Shown: positions 30,144-40,443, counted from the stretch's first letter. The stretch is 64,000 bases of DNA from Candidatus Cloacimonadales bacterium (GCA_963665815.1 OY762463.1:416001-480000), one strand, 5' to 3'. Notes: generated by a model not told the origin, from the sequence alone. Numbers and translations are program-made.

Positions 30144-31382
30144 ATGAAAAGGGTTCTATTAATTGCCGCAATGATTATGGTAGGCGCTTTGTTGTTTGGG
30201 GAAATTGAGTATGACAGTGGATTTAACTACAGAACTAAAGAGGGAACACATAATTATACTGTTGTAAAGCAAAAAACGTTTAAGAAACCGTTAGCTTATA
30301 AGTATGTACTATCTCCACCAACAGAAACAAGTGCGGGTGAACTCCTATTTGAGCATGATGTTAAAAAAATAAATGGAAAAACTACTTATATCCTGAATAG
30401 TTTTAACAGAAACTTGGATAGAGTGAGTATGGGGAGTAATGGTGTGTGGCTATGGACTAAGAACGGTAAGTATCTTAGAAACAGGGTATTTGGTTATGAA
30501 AGATTATCAAATAATCAGAGAAAGAGGGCTCTGCTGAAAGATGTAATATATAAGTATTCTAACAACACATATAAACCAATAAACTATATAAAACCTAAAC
30601 AGGAGATAACAGAAATTACTAATAACGGTTATTTCAAGATTACAGATTTATATGATGATTTAGGACCATATTGGCAAGGGGTCCAGAAGTTCAACATGGA
30701 TAAGGCAATAATATTTAATTTTGAGTATGATGCTGACAAGCCAAATTACAGCATAGAAAGAAGACTAGAGTACGTTGATGACTCAAAGATTGTTTTTTCA
30801 TTTTTCTCATATTATGCAAGTGAGGAATCAATGCACGAAATTTTGGATGCTCGAGCAGGTATAATCATATACAATCATGATAGAACATTACGGAGGAAAA
30901 TTGATTTACCCTTTAGAGGATTAGGGGAAGTTTACTCATCACCTGATGGAAGCGTTTTTGCATTAGTTGAAGGTGACCCTCATGGTATAATTAATGATAA
31001 AAATAGTGCACTTCTGTATGAAGATGGGCGTATAGTAACAAGTGAGTCAATAGGATGCAGCCTCTCACCTGATTTCTGGTCTGCAGACGGCTCTTTAATG
31101 ACAACAAACTGTGGGGATTTGATTGATGTTATGAAAGGGAAAAAATTAATGAGTATCAAAGAGGCTGGGCCTCCATCAAATGCTTCAGCAGGAAGAATAC
31201 TTGTTACCTATAAACATATGATAAAAGTATTTGATATAAAGACAAAAGAAATGATAGCTTCATTCTCCATTGGAAGTGGTGCACTTGGTTATAACTTTAG
31301 TATATCTGGTGATGGAACTGAAGTTCTTACCGTTACAGACATGAAGTATACTAAAATTAAAATTGGTGAGAGGAAGAAATGA
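30144..31382 (+). CDS. Secreted beta-propeller-like protein, array paralog 2 (divergent core)
   Basis: First 86 nt and last about 30 nt identical to paralog 1; interior diverged but keeps PTETSAGEL, EDGRIVT, WSADGS, ISGDG. Confidence 0.8.
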   Translation: MKRVLLIAAMIMVGALLFGEIEYDSGFNYRTKEGTHNYTVVKQKTFKKPLAYKYVLSPPTETSAGELLFEHDVKKINGKTTYILNSFNRNLDRVSMGSNGVWLWTKNGKYLRNRVFGYERLSNNQRKRALLKDVIYKYSNNTYKPINYIKPKQEITEITNNGYFKITDLYDDLGPYWQGVQKFNMDKAIIFNFEYDADKPNYSIERRLEYVDDSKIVFSFFSYYASEESMHEILDARAGIIIYNHDRTLRRKIDLPFRGLGEVYSSPDGSVFALVEGDPHGIINDKNSALLYEDGRIVTSESIGCSLSPDFWSADGSLMTTNCGDLIDVMKGKKLMSIKEAGPPSNASAGRILVTYKHMIKVFDIKTKEMIASFSIGSGALGYNFSISGDGTEVLTVTDMKYTKIKIGERKK

Positions 31383-31628
31383 AATCTCCTCTTAAATCGA
31401 CGTGCAGCGTCAAACAATAATTATTGCACCGTAACACCACCATCCCTACCCAAAACAACCTACATAAAACCACCCTGAAACAACTACAGCCTGACAACCT
31501 ATAAATTAAACACCGTTAAGACAACAAATAATAATATTGACATTTATCTGTACCTGTGATCTGTTATACTCGTGTGAAAATTTACATACCGAAAGCAATA
31601 CTAACAAGGAAGATAAGGAGAGTAAACA
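31383..31628 (+). repeat. 246-bp inter-cassette spacer, copy C (52-bp core 31472-31523)
   Basis: Near-identical to 29898-30143. Confidence 0.95.
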
Positions 31629-32861
31629 ATGAAAAGGATTCTATTAATTGCCGTAATAATTATGGCAGGTGTTTTAATGTATGGGGAAATTGAGTATGAC
31701 AGTGGATTTAACTATAATTCGTTTAAAAGCACACATGATTATACTATTATTAAGAAGAAGTATTTTAAGGAACCATTAGCAAACGAGTTTCTGGTCTCAA
31801 GTCCTACAGAAACAAGTGCAGGAGAACTTGTGCTGGAGCGCTTTTATGAAAAAGGAGACAGAAGAACCTTAGCATACTTTGATCAGAATCTGAACAGAGT
31901 TAACATGGGAACACACAAAAACTGGGTCTACACAAAAGAAGGTGAATACATTTGGTATGCCGACTGGACAACTGAAGTAACTAGTGATAATGAGCAAAAA
32001 TCAGTCACAACGGATTTTGGATTATACAAGAAGCAAACAAATGGTTACTCAAAAACTACTACACAGGTTAATACGGAGGAATTCTTCAAAGTTTATGACA
32101 GTGGTTACATTTCATTATCAAGTGAGTATTTTGAAGAGGATGCCCATTACTATGAGAATGGCTTCTTAAATATGAAAACTAATGAAGAAATCAGTATAAA
32201 CCTGTTAAGTGAGTATTCAAAACCTGGAGACGATTTTGAGTACAGTCTTGCATATATTGATGAAAGTAAAGTTGTATACACTTTTTTCTTATATTATTAC
32301 AATGAGAAAATTGGGGGTGGGCCTTTTAATGGTAATGCAGGAATTGTTTATTACAATGTTGATGGGAGTATAAAAAAAATGATTGAGCTCCCTTACAAGT
32401 ATGCTGGTTGTGTTAGTACATCACCCAATGGAGATGTTATAATTGTAGAAGAACTGACAGGAAGATATTTCACCGATGGTCCCACAGGAAATAGAGCTCT
32501 CGTTTTCGAAGATGGCCGTATTGTTACAGGCAAGAGTATTGGATCAGAGCTTTGGTCATCTCGCTGGTCTGCCGATGGATCTATGCTTTTCTCCAGTGGA
32601 TGCCTTATCGATGTACAAGCCGGTAAAAAAATAATGTCAATTGAAGGATCGGTTTATCCCTCAAATAAGTCAGCAAGTAGAGTTCTAGTAAAATATGGAA
32701 ATCGATTAAGAGTATTTGATATTAACACAAAAGAATTGATAATGTCTGTACAAGTAAATCCATATACAAGTCATTTTCGAATTTCTGGTGATGGAACCGA
32801 GATTATCGGTGTGTCCCAGACAAATTATGTGAAAATCAGGATTGATGGGAGAAAGAAATAA
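31629..32861 (+). CDS. Secreted beta-propeller-like protein, array paralog 3
   Basis: 31995-32642 matches paralog 1 29031-29678 with one synonymous difference; different signal peptide and C-terminal blade. Confidence 0.8.
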   Translation: MKRILLIAVIIMAGVLMYGEIEYDSGFNYNSFKSTHDYTIIKKKYFKEPLANEFLVSSPTETSAGELVLERFYEKGDRRTLAYFDQNLNRVNMGTHKNWVYTKEGEYIWYADWTTEVTSDNEQKSVTTDFGLYKKQTNGYSKTTTQVNTEEFFKVYDSGYISLSSEYFEEDAHYYENGFLNMKTNEEISINLLSEYSKPGDDFEYSLAYIDESKVVYTFFLYYYNEKIGGGPFNGNAGIVYYNVDGSIKKMIELPYKYAGCVSTSPNGDVIIVEELTGRYFTDGPTGNRALVFEDGRIVTGKSIGSELWSSRWSADGSMLFSSGCLIDVQAGKKIMSIEGSVYPSNKSASRVLVKYGNRLRVFDINTKELIMSVQVNPYTSHFRISGDGTEIIGVSQTNYVKIRIDGRKK

Positions 32862-32871
32862 CACAGAAAAC

Positions 32872-32958
32872 CCACCATCCCTACCCAAAACAACCTACAT
32901 AAAACCACCCTGAAACAACTACAGCCTGACAACCTATAAATTAAACACCGTTAAGACA
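32872..32958 (+). repeat. Terminal partial spacer, copy D (52-bp core 32907-32958)
   Basis: ccaccatccctacccaaaacaacctacataaaacc + 52-bp core, similarity stops right after gttaagaca. Confidence 0.92.
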
Positions 32959-32966
32959 TATCGAAA

Positions 32967-32996
32967 TGCTAATTACTTCAAGTGATTAGCAAAAAA
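32967..32996. terminator. Hairpin right after the array
   Basis: tgctaattactt-c-aagtgattagca followed by A-run. Confidence 0.4.
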
Positions 32997-33165
32997 TAGA
33001 TGAAATTTAGTAAAATCACTTTGCATTTAAAATTTATTCAGACTAATTATACCTTTTCATCCCTATATTTCAAAGTAAATCCAATAAAAAACATTTACAA
33101 AAAACACCAAATAATCTAATATTGATGAAAATAAATCTATTTAATATTTTGCAGAGGAATTATAC

Positions 33166-34746
33166 ATGGAAACTAAGAAACCACTGATACTTATAGTTGA
33201 TGATATACCAAGAAATTTACAGGTACTCGGTAACATTCTACAGAAATACGATTGCGAAATTGCTATAGCTGCTGGTGGAAAACAGGCTCTTAGCATTGTA
33301 AATAATATTATTCCTGATCTTATCCTGCTGGATGTAATGATGCCCGATATGAATGGTTTTGATGTCTGTATAAAGATTAAAGAGATGTACCCGAAAGAAG
33401 ACATTCCAATAATTTTCCTGACTGCAAAAACAGAAACAAAAGACGTAGTGCGTGGCTTCGAAATAGGTGCTGTAGACTACGTAACCAAACCTTTTAACGG
33501 TACAGAGTTAATCTCCAGAGTAGATACGCACATTTCTCTACGTAGAGCCAGAATGGAGCAGAAACGTATTAATAAAGAACTTGAAATAGAGATAAGCGAG
33601 AGAAAAAAAGCTGAAGAGAAGGTCACAAACCTTTACGAATCACTTCTCGAAGACCTAAAAACAGCATCAATTGTTCAGTCCTACCTCGTTCCTTCCGGTA
33701 TAGTTCATTACGACGGAGTGATGTTCAACTCCTTCTATTCTCCTTCCACAGACGTTGGAGGTGATTCTTTCGATATCATCAAAGTTGATGATAATAAATT
33801 CTATGTCTATATGGCTGATATTTCCGGACACGGGGTTCAGGCAGCACTTTTAATGACCGCAGTTAACTCTCTGCTCCGCATCATGATAGAACAGAATCAT
33901 AATGAGGGACCCTTATTTATTATGGAGCATTTTAATCAGATAGCCATGGAGAAGCTCTTCAACCACACACGTTCTTATATGACAATGATTCTTGGGGTTG
34001 TGGATATAAAGGAAAAAACTTTCAGCTATTGCAATGCAGGACATCCGCCTGTTATTGCAATTGACAAGGTTACAAAAAAGGTTGATACGATCATGGATAT
34101 GGAAGGTTCGATTCCGGTTGGCTGGAAAAACAACTATAAATACACTGAAGACAAACTTCATGTGGTTAATCTTAGTGCGGATAAATTCTACTTTATGTAT
34201 ACAGACGGTTTGACAGAATGCACCGATCCTGATGGAGATGAGCTGGATATTGATGGTCTGGAACGATATATTGAAGAACACTGCAAATCTGACAACAAGC
34301 TGATGATGCCGCAGAGATTGAAAACCATGCTTGTGGAAAGCGGTTACCAGACAGAGTCGGACGACTTCTCAATTATGACATTCTCCTTATATGATGAAGA
34401 GTTCTATAAGGATACTCTGATTCAGCAAATACCGCTTAATACATTTATCATAAAACCTTATGTGCTTGAACTGATGGAGTTCCTGGAAGAACAAAAATAT
34501 CCTCTTGCAAAGACCGAATCCATTATGCAGGTTTATAACAAAGTTGTGGATATGACTATGGATAGGAACAGGCATAGTGTTACAGATAAAAAAGTTACAG
34601 TACTTTGCGGAGCTGATACTGAAGGTAAGTTTTCTATCACTATTCTGGATTATGATGATTCTATTTCTGAAGCTCATCTGGCAAAATCCAAAGCTAAGTA
34701 TAAGCGATATGAAGATGTGAATGTAAGCCAGTGGGTGTTTGAGTAG
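33166..34746 (+). CDS. Response regulator receiver fused to SpoIIE/PP2C phosphatase (RsbU-like)
   Basis: ILIVDD, LLDVMMP, FLTA, DYVTKPF; VGGDSFD, MADISGHGVQAAL, CNAGHP, YTDGLTE, DD. Confidence 0.92.
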   Translation: METKKPLILIVDDIPRNLQVLGNILQKYDCEIAIAAGGKQALSIVNNIIPDLILLDVMMPDMNGFDVCIKIKEMYPKEDIPIIFLTAKTETKDVVRGFEIGAVDYVTKPFNGTELISRVDTHISLRRARMEQKRINKELEIEISERKKAEEKVTNLYESLLEDLKTASIVQSYLVPSGIVHYDGVMFNSFYSPSTDVGGDSFDIIKVDDNKFYVYMADISGHGVQAALLMTAVNSLLRIMIEQNHNEGPLFIMEHFNQIAMEKLFNHTRSYMTMILGVVDIKEKTFSYCNAGHPPVIAIDKVTKKVDTIMDMEGSIPVGWKNNYKYTEDKLHVVNLSADKFYFMYTDGLTECTDPDGDELDIDGLERYIEEHCKSDNKLMMPQRLKTMLVESGYQTESDDFSIMTFSLYDEEFYKDTLIQQIPLNTFIIKPYVLELMEFLEEQKYPLAKTESIMQVYNKVVDMTMDRNRHSVTDKKVTVLCGADTEGKFSITILDYDDSISEAHLAKSKAKYKRYEDVNVSQWVFE

Positions 34747-34852
34747 AGAAAACTACACCACTTTATCTTATTGTCAAATTCACAGCTTATAATATTTCTT
34801 CTCTCTATAAGAAACTGCTCCTTCAAATGCCAGTGATTTACTAAAACTACAT

Positions 34853-36259
34853 TTATGTCTTTGCAAGAATAAGTTTCTTGAGTTCCTTAAGGGTTATCTT
34901 CTCCTTTCCACTCAACACATATTCCAGAATCGGCAGCGTATACTGCAGGGTTCCTGTGTTAATAATTATCTTCCAAAGCCATTCGAATTTTTTCCAGGCT
35001 CCGGTGTATAAAAGCTGTCTGAATCTTCTTTCAGTTCCTTCAAGCTTGAGAGATGATCTGATAATATTGTTCCATTTGTAAAACTCATTATATGACCACC
35101 AATAGCCTTCCTCAAGTTCCTCCGGAGATAGTTTTACGGGCTGGAAGACTGTATTTCTGGTATTGTAAAGATCCCAGTTTTCGGTAATGATTCTTCCTGA
35201 AGCCTTCATTCTGCTGTGCAGTGGAGTACCCGGATATGGTGTCAGAATATGATATGTCGCTGTTGTCAGTGAATGTTCGATTCCCCAGTCAACAGTCCTT
35301 TTGAATACATCCTTGTCATCATTATCCATACCGAAAACGAAAGACCCGTTTATCATGATTCCCAGGCTTTGTAGTCTCCTGACAGCCGTCTCATACTCAT
35401 GATTAAGATTCTGAAGCTTGTTATTCTCACGGAGATTTTCAGGTGAGAAAGTCTCGAATCCAACAAAAACACTTTTCATTCCTGCATCAGCAGCTTTTTC
35501 AATCAGATCACCCTGGATTATGGATTTAACAGTTGCAGCACCTTGAAAGACTCTGTTCATTCCTTTCATCTCTCTGAAGAGATCAGACATCAGATTGTAG
35601 TCAGCAAATAAATGATCATCCAGAAAATAGAGGTGTTTCCCGGGAAGTCTGTCGATATCTGTCAGTATGTGATCAAGGGTTTTTGTATAGAAAGAGTTTC
35701 CACCTTTGAAGAAAGCGTCTTTGTAACAGAAATCACAGTGGTGAATACAGCCTCTTGAGACAATCATAGTATTGGGGACCAGATATTTCTGTCGTTTAAT
35801 CAGTTCACGCCTGATCGGGGGATGGTTCTTTATACATCTGAATTTTGGTGCTGCATATATTTTGCGAGGCTGCCTGTTTCTGAAATCATGAAGGAATTCG
35901 GGGAAAGTCTGTTCTCCCGGTCCTGAGAAGATAGAGTCTGCATGTTGCAATGCCTCTTCCGGACAGGATGTAACGTGTAATCCACCCATTGCAACATGGA
36001 CTCCCTTATTTCTGTATTTATCTGCTATTTTATAAGCCCTGTAGGCATTTGTTATATATACTTGGATTATGACCAGATCAGGTTGATCATCTGTGTTCAG
36101 CTTTTCTACATGCTGATCTATCAGCTCCACTTCGTCGTCTGCATTCAGATAGGCTGCCAGAGTAGCCAATCCCAGAGGTGGGAATAACGAATACTTTATT
36201 GCTCTGAATAGAGGATTGCCTGCTTCCATTATTGCAGGGAGTATCATTTTAACTTTCAT
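34853..36259 (-). CDS. B12-binding domain radical SAM protein
   Basis: PPLGLATLAA, GGLHVT, SRGCIHHCDFC (CxxxCxxC), FVGFE, GSFVFG.D.D, LTPYPGT. Confidence 0.92.
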   Translation of the reverse strand: MKVKMILPAIMEAGNPLFRAIKYSLFPPLGLATLAAYLNADDEVELIDQHVEKLNTDDQPDLVIIQVYITNAYRAYKIADKYRNKGVHVAMGGLHVTSCPEEALQHADSIFSGPGEQTFPEFLHDFRNRQPRKIYAAPKFRCIKNHPPIRRELIKRQKYLVPNTMIVSRGCIHHCDFCYKDAFFKGGNSFYTKTLDHILTDIDRLPGKHLYFLDDHLFADYNLMSDLFREMKGMNRVFQGAATVKSIIQGDLIEKAADAGMKSVFVGFETFSPENLRENNKLQNLNHEYETAVRRLQSLGIMINGSFVFGMDNDDKDVFKRTVDWGIEHSLTTATYHILTPYPGTPLHSRMKASGRIITENWDLYNTRNTVFQPVKLSPEELEEGYWWSYNEFYKWNNIIRSSLKLEGTERRFRQLLYTGAWKKFEWLWKIIINTGTLQYTLPILEYVLSGKEKITLKELKKLILAKT

Positions 36260-36562
36260 ATATACCTCATAGTAAATGGTGAGACTTTAGCATATTAGCA
36301 ATGATCTCAATGTTTTATAATTGTGAAGCTTCACATAGAGAACGAAGAGTAGTGAACATGTTACAATGAAAAATCACTTCCTGCAGCATTCCATAAACAT
36401 TAAAAATATCTATGTGGAAATCAATAGTATGATTAGCAATGTCGTACAGACCTGGAGCAATTCAACCTTAATTTATCTTGACTATATGTTGTATGTTTCT
36501 AATTTAAATCACAATAAATTTGATTATGACTTTAATTTTCAATTTGAACTTTTATAATTACT

Positions 36563-37486
36563 ATGAGGAATGAAATGAAGATATTGTTTATGCATGGAGT
36601 AAAAAACACTGATTGGTTTTCTGATTTTATAAGTAAGATGGCAAAAGACTATCATTTGATTGACTATAATAATATTCAACTTTTTTTAGAAGGGTCCAAA
36701 ACACATAAAAATGCTGTTCATCTTACATTTGATGATGGTGATCTTGATTTTTATCATAATATTTTTCCATTAATGAGAAAGAGAAAAATTCCATTTTCCA
36801 TTTTCGTTTCCCCCAATAGTGTAAAAAATGGAGATAACTTCTGGTTTCAGGAGATTACAAACTATGATAATAGCAAACTAAAGCAGGTAGTTTGTGATGT
36901 CTTAAATATTCAAAAGGAAGATTTGTCCGGATACAGTGTTAAATCTGCACTAAAGACACTCCCAATAGATACTATATGGGAAGTTATCAATATTTATAAA
37001 CAGAGATTTAAAGAGAATGATAAACCAAGAATGAATATGAATCTCTCAGAATTGAATATTGTAAAAGAATCAGGACTTGTAACTATCGGGGCTCATACTC
37101 AACGACATCCAATTCTCTCTAATGAGGATGATTCTTCCAGTAAAAAAGAAATTGTAAATTCTATTAATGAATTGTCAGAAATTCTTAACGAATCGGTAAA
37201 ATGTTTTGCATATCCCAATGGAGTTCCAGGACTTGATTTCAGTCAAAGAGAAATAGACATTCTAAGCACTACTTCCAGTGAAATATCTTTTTCTACTCTG
37301 GAGAATAAAGTGAAGGTGAATGATAACAAGCATGCAATTCCAAGATTCGGAGTTCCGGAAAGTAATATTAAGCTGCTCCCAATTAAGTTTTTACTTGGTC
37401 AGAATTGGTCATTGCTTAAATCAAAGCTTAAAGGTAAAGATGAAATGCAGCAGAGACTTGAAATTAAAGCAAAGTTTTTTAAATAA
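36563..37486 (+). CDS. Polysaccharide deacetylase (NodB/CE4)
   Basis: LTFDDG, IGAHTQRH, FAYPNG, IPR. Confidence 0.85.
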   Translation: MRNEMKILFMHGVKNTDWFSDFISKMAKDYHLIDYNNIQLFLEGSKTHKNAVHLTFDDGDLDFYHNIFPLMRKRKIPFSIFVSPNSVKNGDNFWFQEITNYDNSKLKQVVCDVLNIQKEDLSGYSVKSALKTLPIDTIWEVINIYKQRFKENDKPRMNMNLSELNIVKESGLVTIGAHTQRHPILSNEDDSSSKKEIVNSINELSEILNESVKCFAYPNGVPGLDFSQREIDILSTTSSEISFSTLENKVKVNDNKHAIPRFGVPESNIKLLPIKFLLGQNWSLLKSKLKGKDEMQQRLEIKAKFFK

Positions 37487-37506
37487 ATCATGAAGAAGGT
37501 TAATTA

Positions 37507-38595
37507 ATGGCAATTCAAACTTATACAATAAAAGATCTTCAACAAGAATTAAAGTCCGAAAATATTTGGAAAAACAGGAATATTGGTATTTCAAAAGATA
37601 TTGCATTTACTTTAGTTACCAACCCAAGAGCATCCTGTGATGATCCTGCTCTAATAATAGACAGGGTGGAAAATGGTGATATTGCAAGTGCTGTATGCTG
37701 CTTCAAAGATTTCTATTATGTTAACGGTGAGAAAAAGGTGATGTTTTGGGGGAACAATTGGTGGACAGATACTAGCAAAACTAAATCTCCGTCAGGTTTG
37801 TTTGTTGAAATGGAAGTTAATGCTGCAACAGGTAACACTCACTGTAGCAGCGGAGGCACAGAGGATGCAAGACGAATTCAGGACTTGTATGTAAAAAAAG
37901 GGTTTAAGCAAAGAGCTTTTTTTAGAAATAAATATGTTTTTTTTTCAGGCAAAATAGATTTATCTGAAAATGCAGGTCTGAAGAAGAAGATAGTAGCTAA
38001 TGCACTTTCAATAATGTCAATTAAAAAAGCTTTTGATAGGAAGAAAGTCATCTACTCAGATAAGAAATACTTTCTGGATTATATCCATAGAGTGGACAAT
38101 GAAACAGATAGTTTTATACGAAAATTGAACAAAAATACAATTAACAGAAGAGGTAAAGAAGAGCTTAACTGGATAGCTGAGAACACATTCAAGGGATGTA
38201 ATCTGATTAATTCACCATACCATGACTTTTTTATAAGGAAAAAAGGGAATATTCAACCCAGATCAGCCTTTTTTGTTAAGATTTATAATTCCAAGTACGA
38301 ACTTTGTGGATTCTGCATGTTTGTTTTAAGAGGAAGAGATTTGGCGTTAGCTTATGCTTATTATACAGATGTAAAACTTATAGCGGAGGTTATAGCTGAT
38401 CATTTTTTCACCTTGAATTCTACACGATTAAGTTTATGTGGCGATGAATTATTCAATGAACTGATTCGAAACAGAATGAAGAGATATCCAAGAGTCTGTA
38501 CTTCTCTATATGGATATGCTGATTCTGCAATATTCGAGGATTTAAAGGCCAAGAAAGAATTTCATTTTGGAGATGGGGAAGAAGCATTAATATAA
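37507..38595 (+). CDS. Hypothetical protein, possibly GNAT-like
   Basis: 362-aa ORF following the deacetylase; RRGKEELNW and C-terminal FGDGE resemble GNAT-like proteins in glycan loci (inference). Confidence 0.55.
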   Translation: MAIQTYTIKDLQQELKSENIWKNRNIGISKDIAFTLVTNPRASCDDPALIIDRVENGDIASAVCCFKDFYYVNGEKKVMFWGNNWWTDTSKTKSPSGLFVEMEVNAATGNTHCSSGGTEDARRIQDLYVKKGFKQRAFFRNKYVFFSGKIDLSENAGLKKKIVANALSIMSIKKAFDRKKVIYSDKKYFLDYIHRVDNETDSFIRKLNKNTINRRGKEELNWIAENTFKGCNLINSPYHDFFIRKKGNIQPRSAFFVKIYNSKYELCGFCMFVLRGRDLALAYAYYTDVKLIAEVIADHFFTLNSTRLSLCGDELFNELIRNRMKRYPRVCTSLYGYADSAIFEDLKAKKEFHFGDGEEALI

Positions 38596-38621
38596 AAAAA
38601 GCCGCATCACTGCGACTTTTA
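38596..38621. terminator. Bidirectional terminator between convergent genes
   Basis: aaaaagccgca-tcac-tgcgacttttt. Confidence 0.65.
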
Positions 38622-38649
38622 TAGTGTCAGGTATATTTGCTTTTCAGAT

Positions 38650-39054
38650 TTATTTAACACCTTTTGATAAAAGATATTCGGAATACTCCATGTCTGTCTG
38701 TTTAATGTGTTTTGTCAGCCATTTGCGAAGAAATGTCATGAGCTCAAGTGATACAATTGTTTTTTGTGAGCCCTTTGTTTTCATCCGATTCACTTCGTCA
38801 AAAATGAATTTGTGCTTACGCTTATGGGTTGCGGAATCTATATAGAAATACTTATCGAAGAGCTTTTCTTCATATGCAAAATGCTCATGTGTGTAATCAA
38901 TCAATTCCTTAAAAATACTATTCAATACTTCATCACTATTCCCATTCTGCAATGCTGCATGTAGTTCATTAATTATGCCAACTAGTTTTTTATGTTGTTC
39001 ATCGATGCTTGGGATTTTTACACTGAAACTGCTATCCCATGTGAATAATGCCAT
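38650..39054 (-). CDS. Bacteriohemerythrin
   Basis: W..SFSV.I.SID.QHKKL, HF..EE, H...H, WLTKHI..TD. Confidence 0.93.
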   Translation of the reverse strand: MALFTWDSSFSVKIPSIDEQHKKLVGIINELHAALQNGNSDEVLNSIFKELIDYTHEHFAYEEKLFDKYFYIDSATHKRKHKFIFDEVNRMKTKGSQKTIVSLELMTFLRKWLTKHIKQTDMEYSEYLLSKGVK

Positions 39055-39305
39055 TTTTACTTCCTTTTATGTCGTGAGATCTTTGCATAATTTGGATAGT
39101 TGACTTGATTTTGAAATTCAACAAATTCTGACTCAAAACAAGCTTCTTAATAATCTTTTTTTGATGAATTCAAAAATCACATCGATTCTTTTCAGCCCAA
39201 GAGGGACTGTCCAATTAAATTATCCTCAATCTCATCTATATTTTTTTAGTTTACTTAATTTATATCAAATCTGCTTGATTCTACTATTATGCAAGCTTCC
39301 GCTAT

Positions 39306-39710
39306 TTATCTCATACCATGAGAAATCATGAATTCAGAATATTCCTTATCTGTTCCCTTAATGTGTTTGGTCAGCCATTTTGTCAAAAACTGCATTAATT
39401 CAATAGATAACACAGTTCCCTGACCCTCTACTTTACTCATTCTGTCGATCTCATCAAAAATAAATCTGTGTTTTCTCTTATGCGCACCTCTATCGGGATA
39501 CTTGTACATTTCGAAATACTTTTCTTCAAAAGAAAAATGTTCATGTGTATAATCAATAAGCTCTTTAAATACTTTTTCGATAATATCACTCGTTTTTCCC
39601 ATTGTCATAGCATCATGAACACGATTAATGATATCCATTAACTTCTTGTGCTGAGTGTCTATACTGTCGATACCGACACTGAAACTGTTGTCCCATACGA
39701 ATAAAGCCAT
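39306..39710 (-). CDS. Bacteriohemerythrin (tandem paralog)
   Basis: Same di-iron ligand set; same length (134 aa). Confidence 0.93.
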   Translation of the reverse strand: MALFVWDNSFSVGIDSIDTQHKKLMDIINRVHDAMTMGKTSDIIEKVFKELIDYTHEHFSFEEKYFEMYKYPDRGAHKRKHRFIFDEIDRMSKVEGQGTVLSIELMQFLTKWLTKHIKGTDKEYSEFMISHGMR

Positions 39711-39937
39711 ATTTTTATCCTCTCAATGTTAATATTTGCTGTCTTACAAAGAAATATTAGACTTTTTGCAGCAAAATGCAAACTGATATTTTTTTTTGAA
39801 TATATCTTGATTGTTTAAATTCATAAAAAAAAATATTTAATATAAGATTTTACAACGCTTTACTTGACATTGTTAATACCTTAATTTAAATTGAATTATA
39901 TGTAAGTTCTGGTTTTAAAATAAAATATGGAGACCCA

Positions 39938-40423
39938 ATGAAAACTTTAATAGCATTTACTACAAAATACGGAAGCGTCGAAAAGACAGCGAATTTATTG
40001 AAGAATTTATTGAATGACCATGTTACGGTTAAAAATCTTAAAGACGAAAAAATTAAAACTCTGGAATTATATGACACTGTAATCCTGGGTGGTTCAATAT
40101 ACAGGGGAAAGGTTCAATCTGAGTTAACAGACTTTATAAACTCGAATATGTCTTTACTTATGAATAAAAGAATTGGTATTTTTGTTAATGCAGGAGAGAG
40201 CGATCCTGTGAAAAAGGATAAACAATTTGAAAATGCTTTTCCTGAGAAAATTTTCAGTCATGCTTTCTCAAGACATATCTTTGGTGATGAAATTGATTTT
40301 AAGAAGCTTACACTGATTGAGAAAACAATGTTATATCTTATTAAAAAAACAAAAGAAAGTTATTCAAACATAGATATTAACGAAATTAACAAGATGGCAA
40401 ACGAGATTAATAGCAACAAATAA
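39938..40423 (+). CDS. Flavodoxin-domain protein (HemG-like/Flavodoxin_5)
   Basis: TTKYGSVEK.A, YDTVILGGSIY.G. Confidence 0.85.
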   Translation: MKTLIAFTTKYGSVEKTANLLKNLLNDHVTVKNLKDEKIKTLELYDTVILGGSIYRGKVQSELTDFINSNMSLLMNKRIGIFVNAGESDPVKKDKQFENAFPEKIFSHAFSRHIFGDEIDFKKLTLIEKTMLYLIKKTKESYSNIDINEINKMANEINSNK

Positions 40424-40443
40424 TTTATAAACATATATCTATC

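Noticed and set aside
28665-32861. Diversity-generating retroelement (TR/VR pair)
   Set aside because: Differences between paralogs involve all four bases rather than adenines only, both copies are full genes, and no reverse transcriptase is present.
29008-32888. Short alternative ORFs 29008-29205, 31984-32169, 32706-32888
   Set aside because: Out-of-frame or antisense shadows of the array genes; duplicated only because the host genes are.
28508-32958. CRISPR array or integron cassette array
   Set aside because: Repeats are separated by ~1.4-kb genes, no cas or intI gene in the window, the spacer is C/A-skewed and cannot fold as an attC, and each unit has its own promoter-like box.
36260-36560. 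Riboswitch upstream of the radical SAM gene, or the 63-aa ORF 36366-36557
   Set aside because: No cobalamin/SAM riboswitch consensus recognised; only a 10-bp direct repeat (attagcaatg); ORF lacks RBS and motifs.
39055-39305. ncRNA or gene remnant between the hemerythrins
   Set aside because: No recognisable RNA motif and multiple stops in frames checked; cannot support a call.
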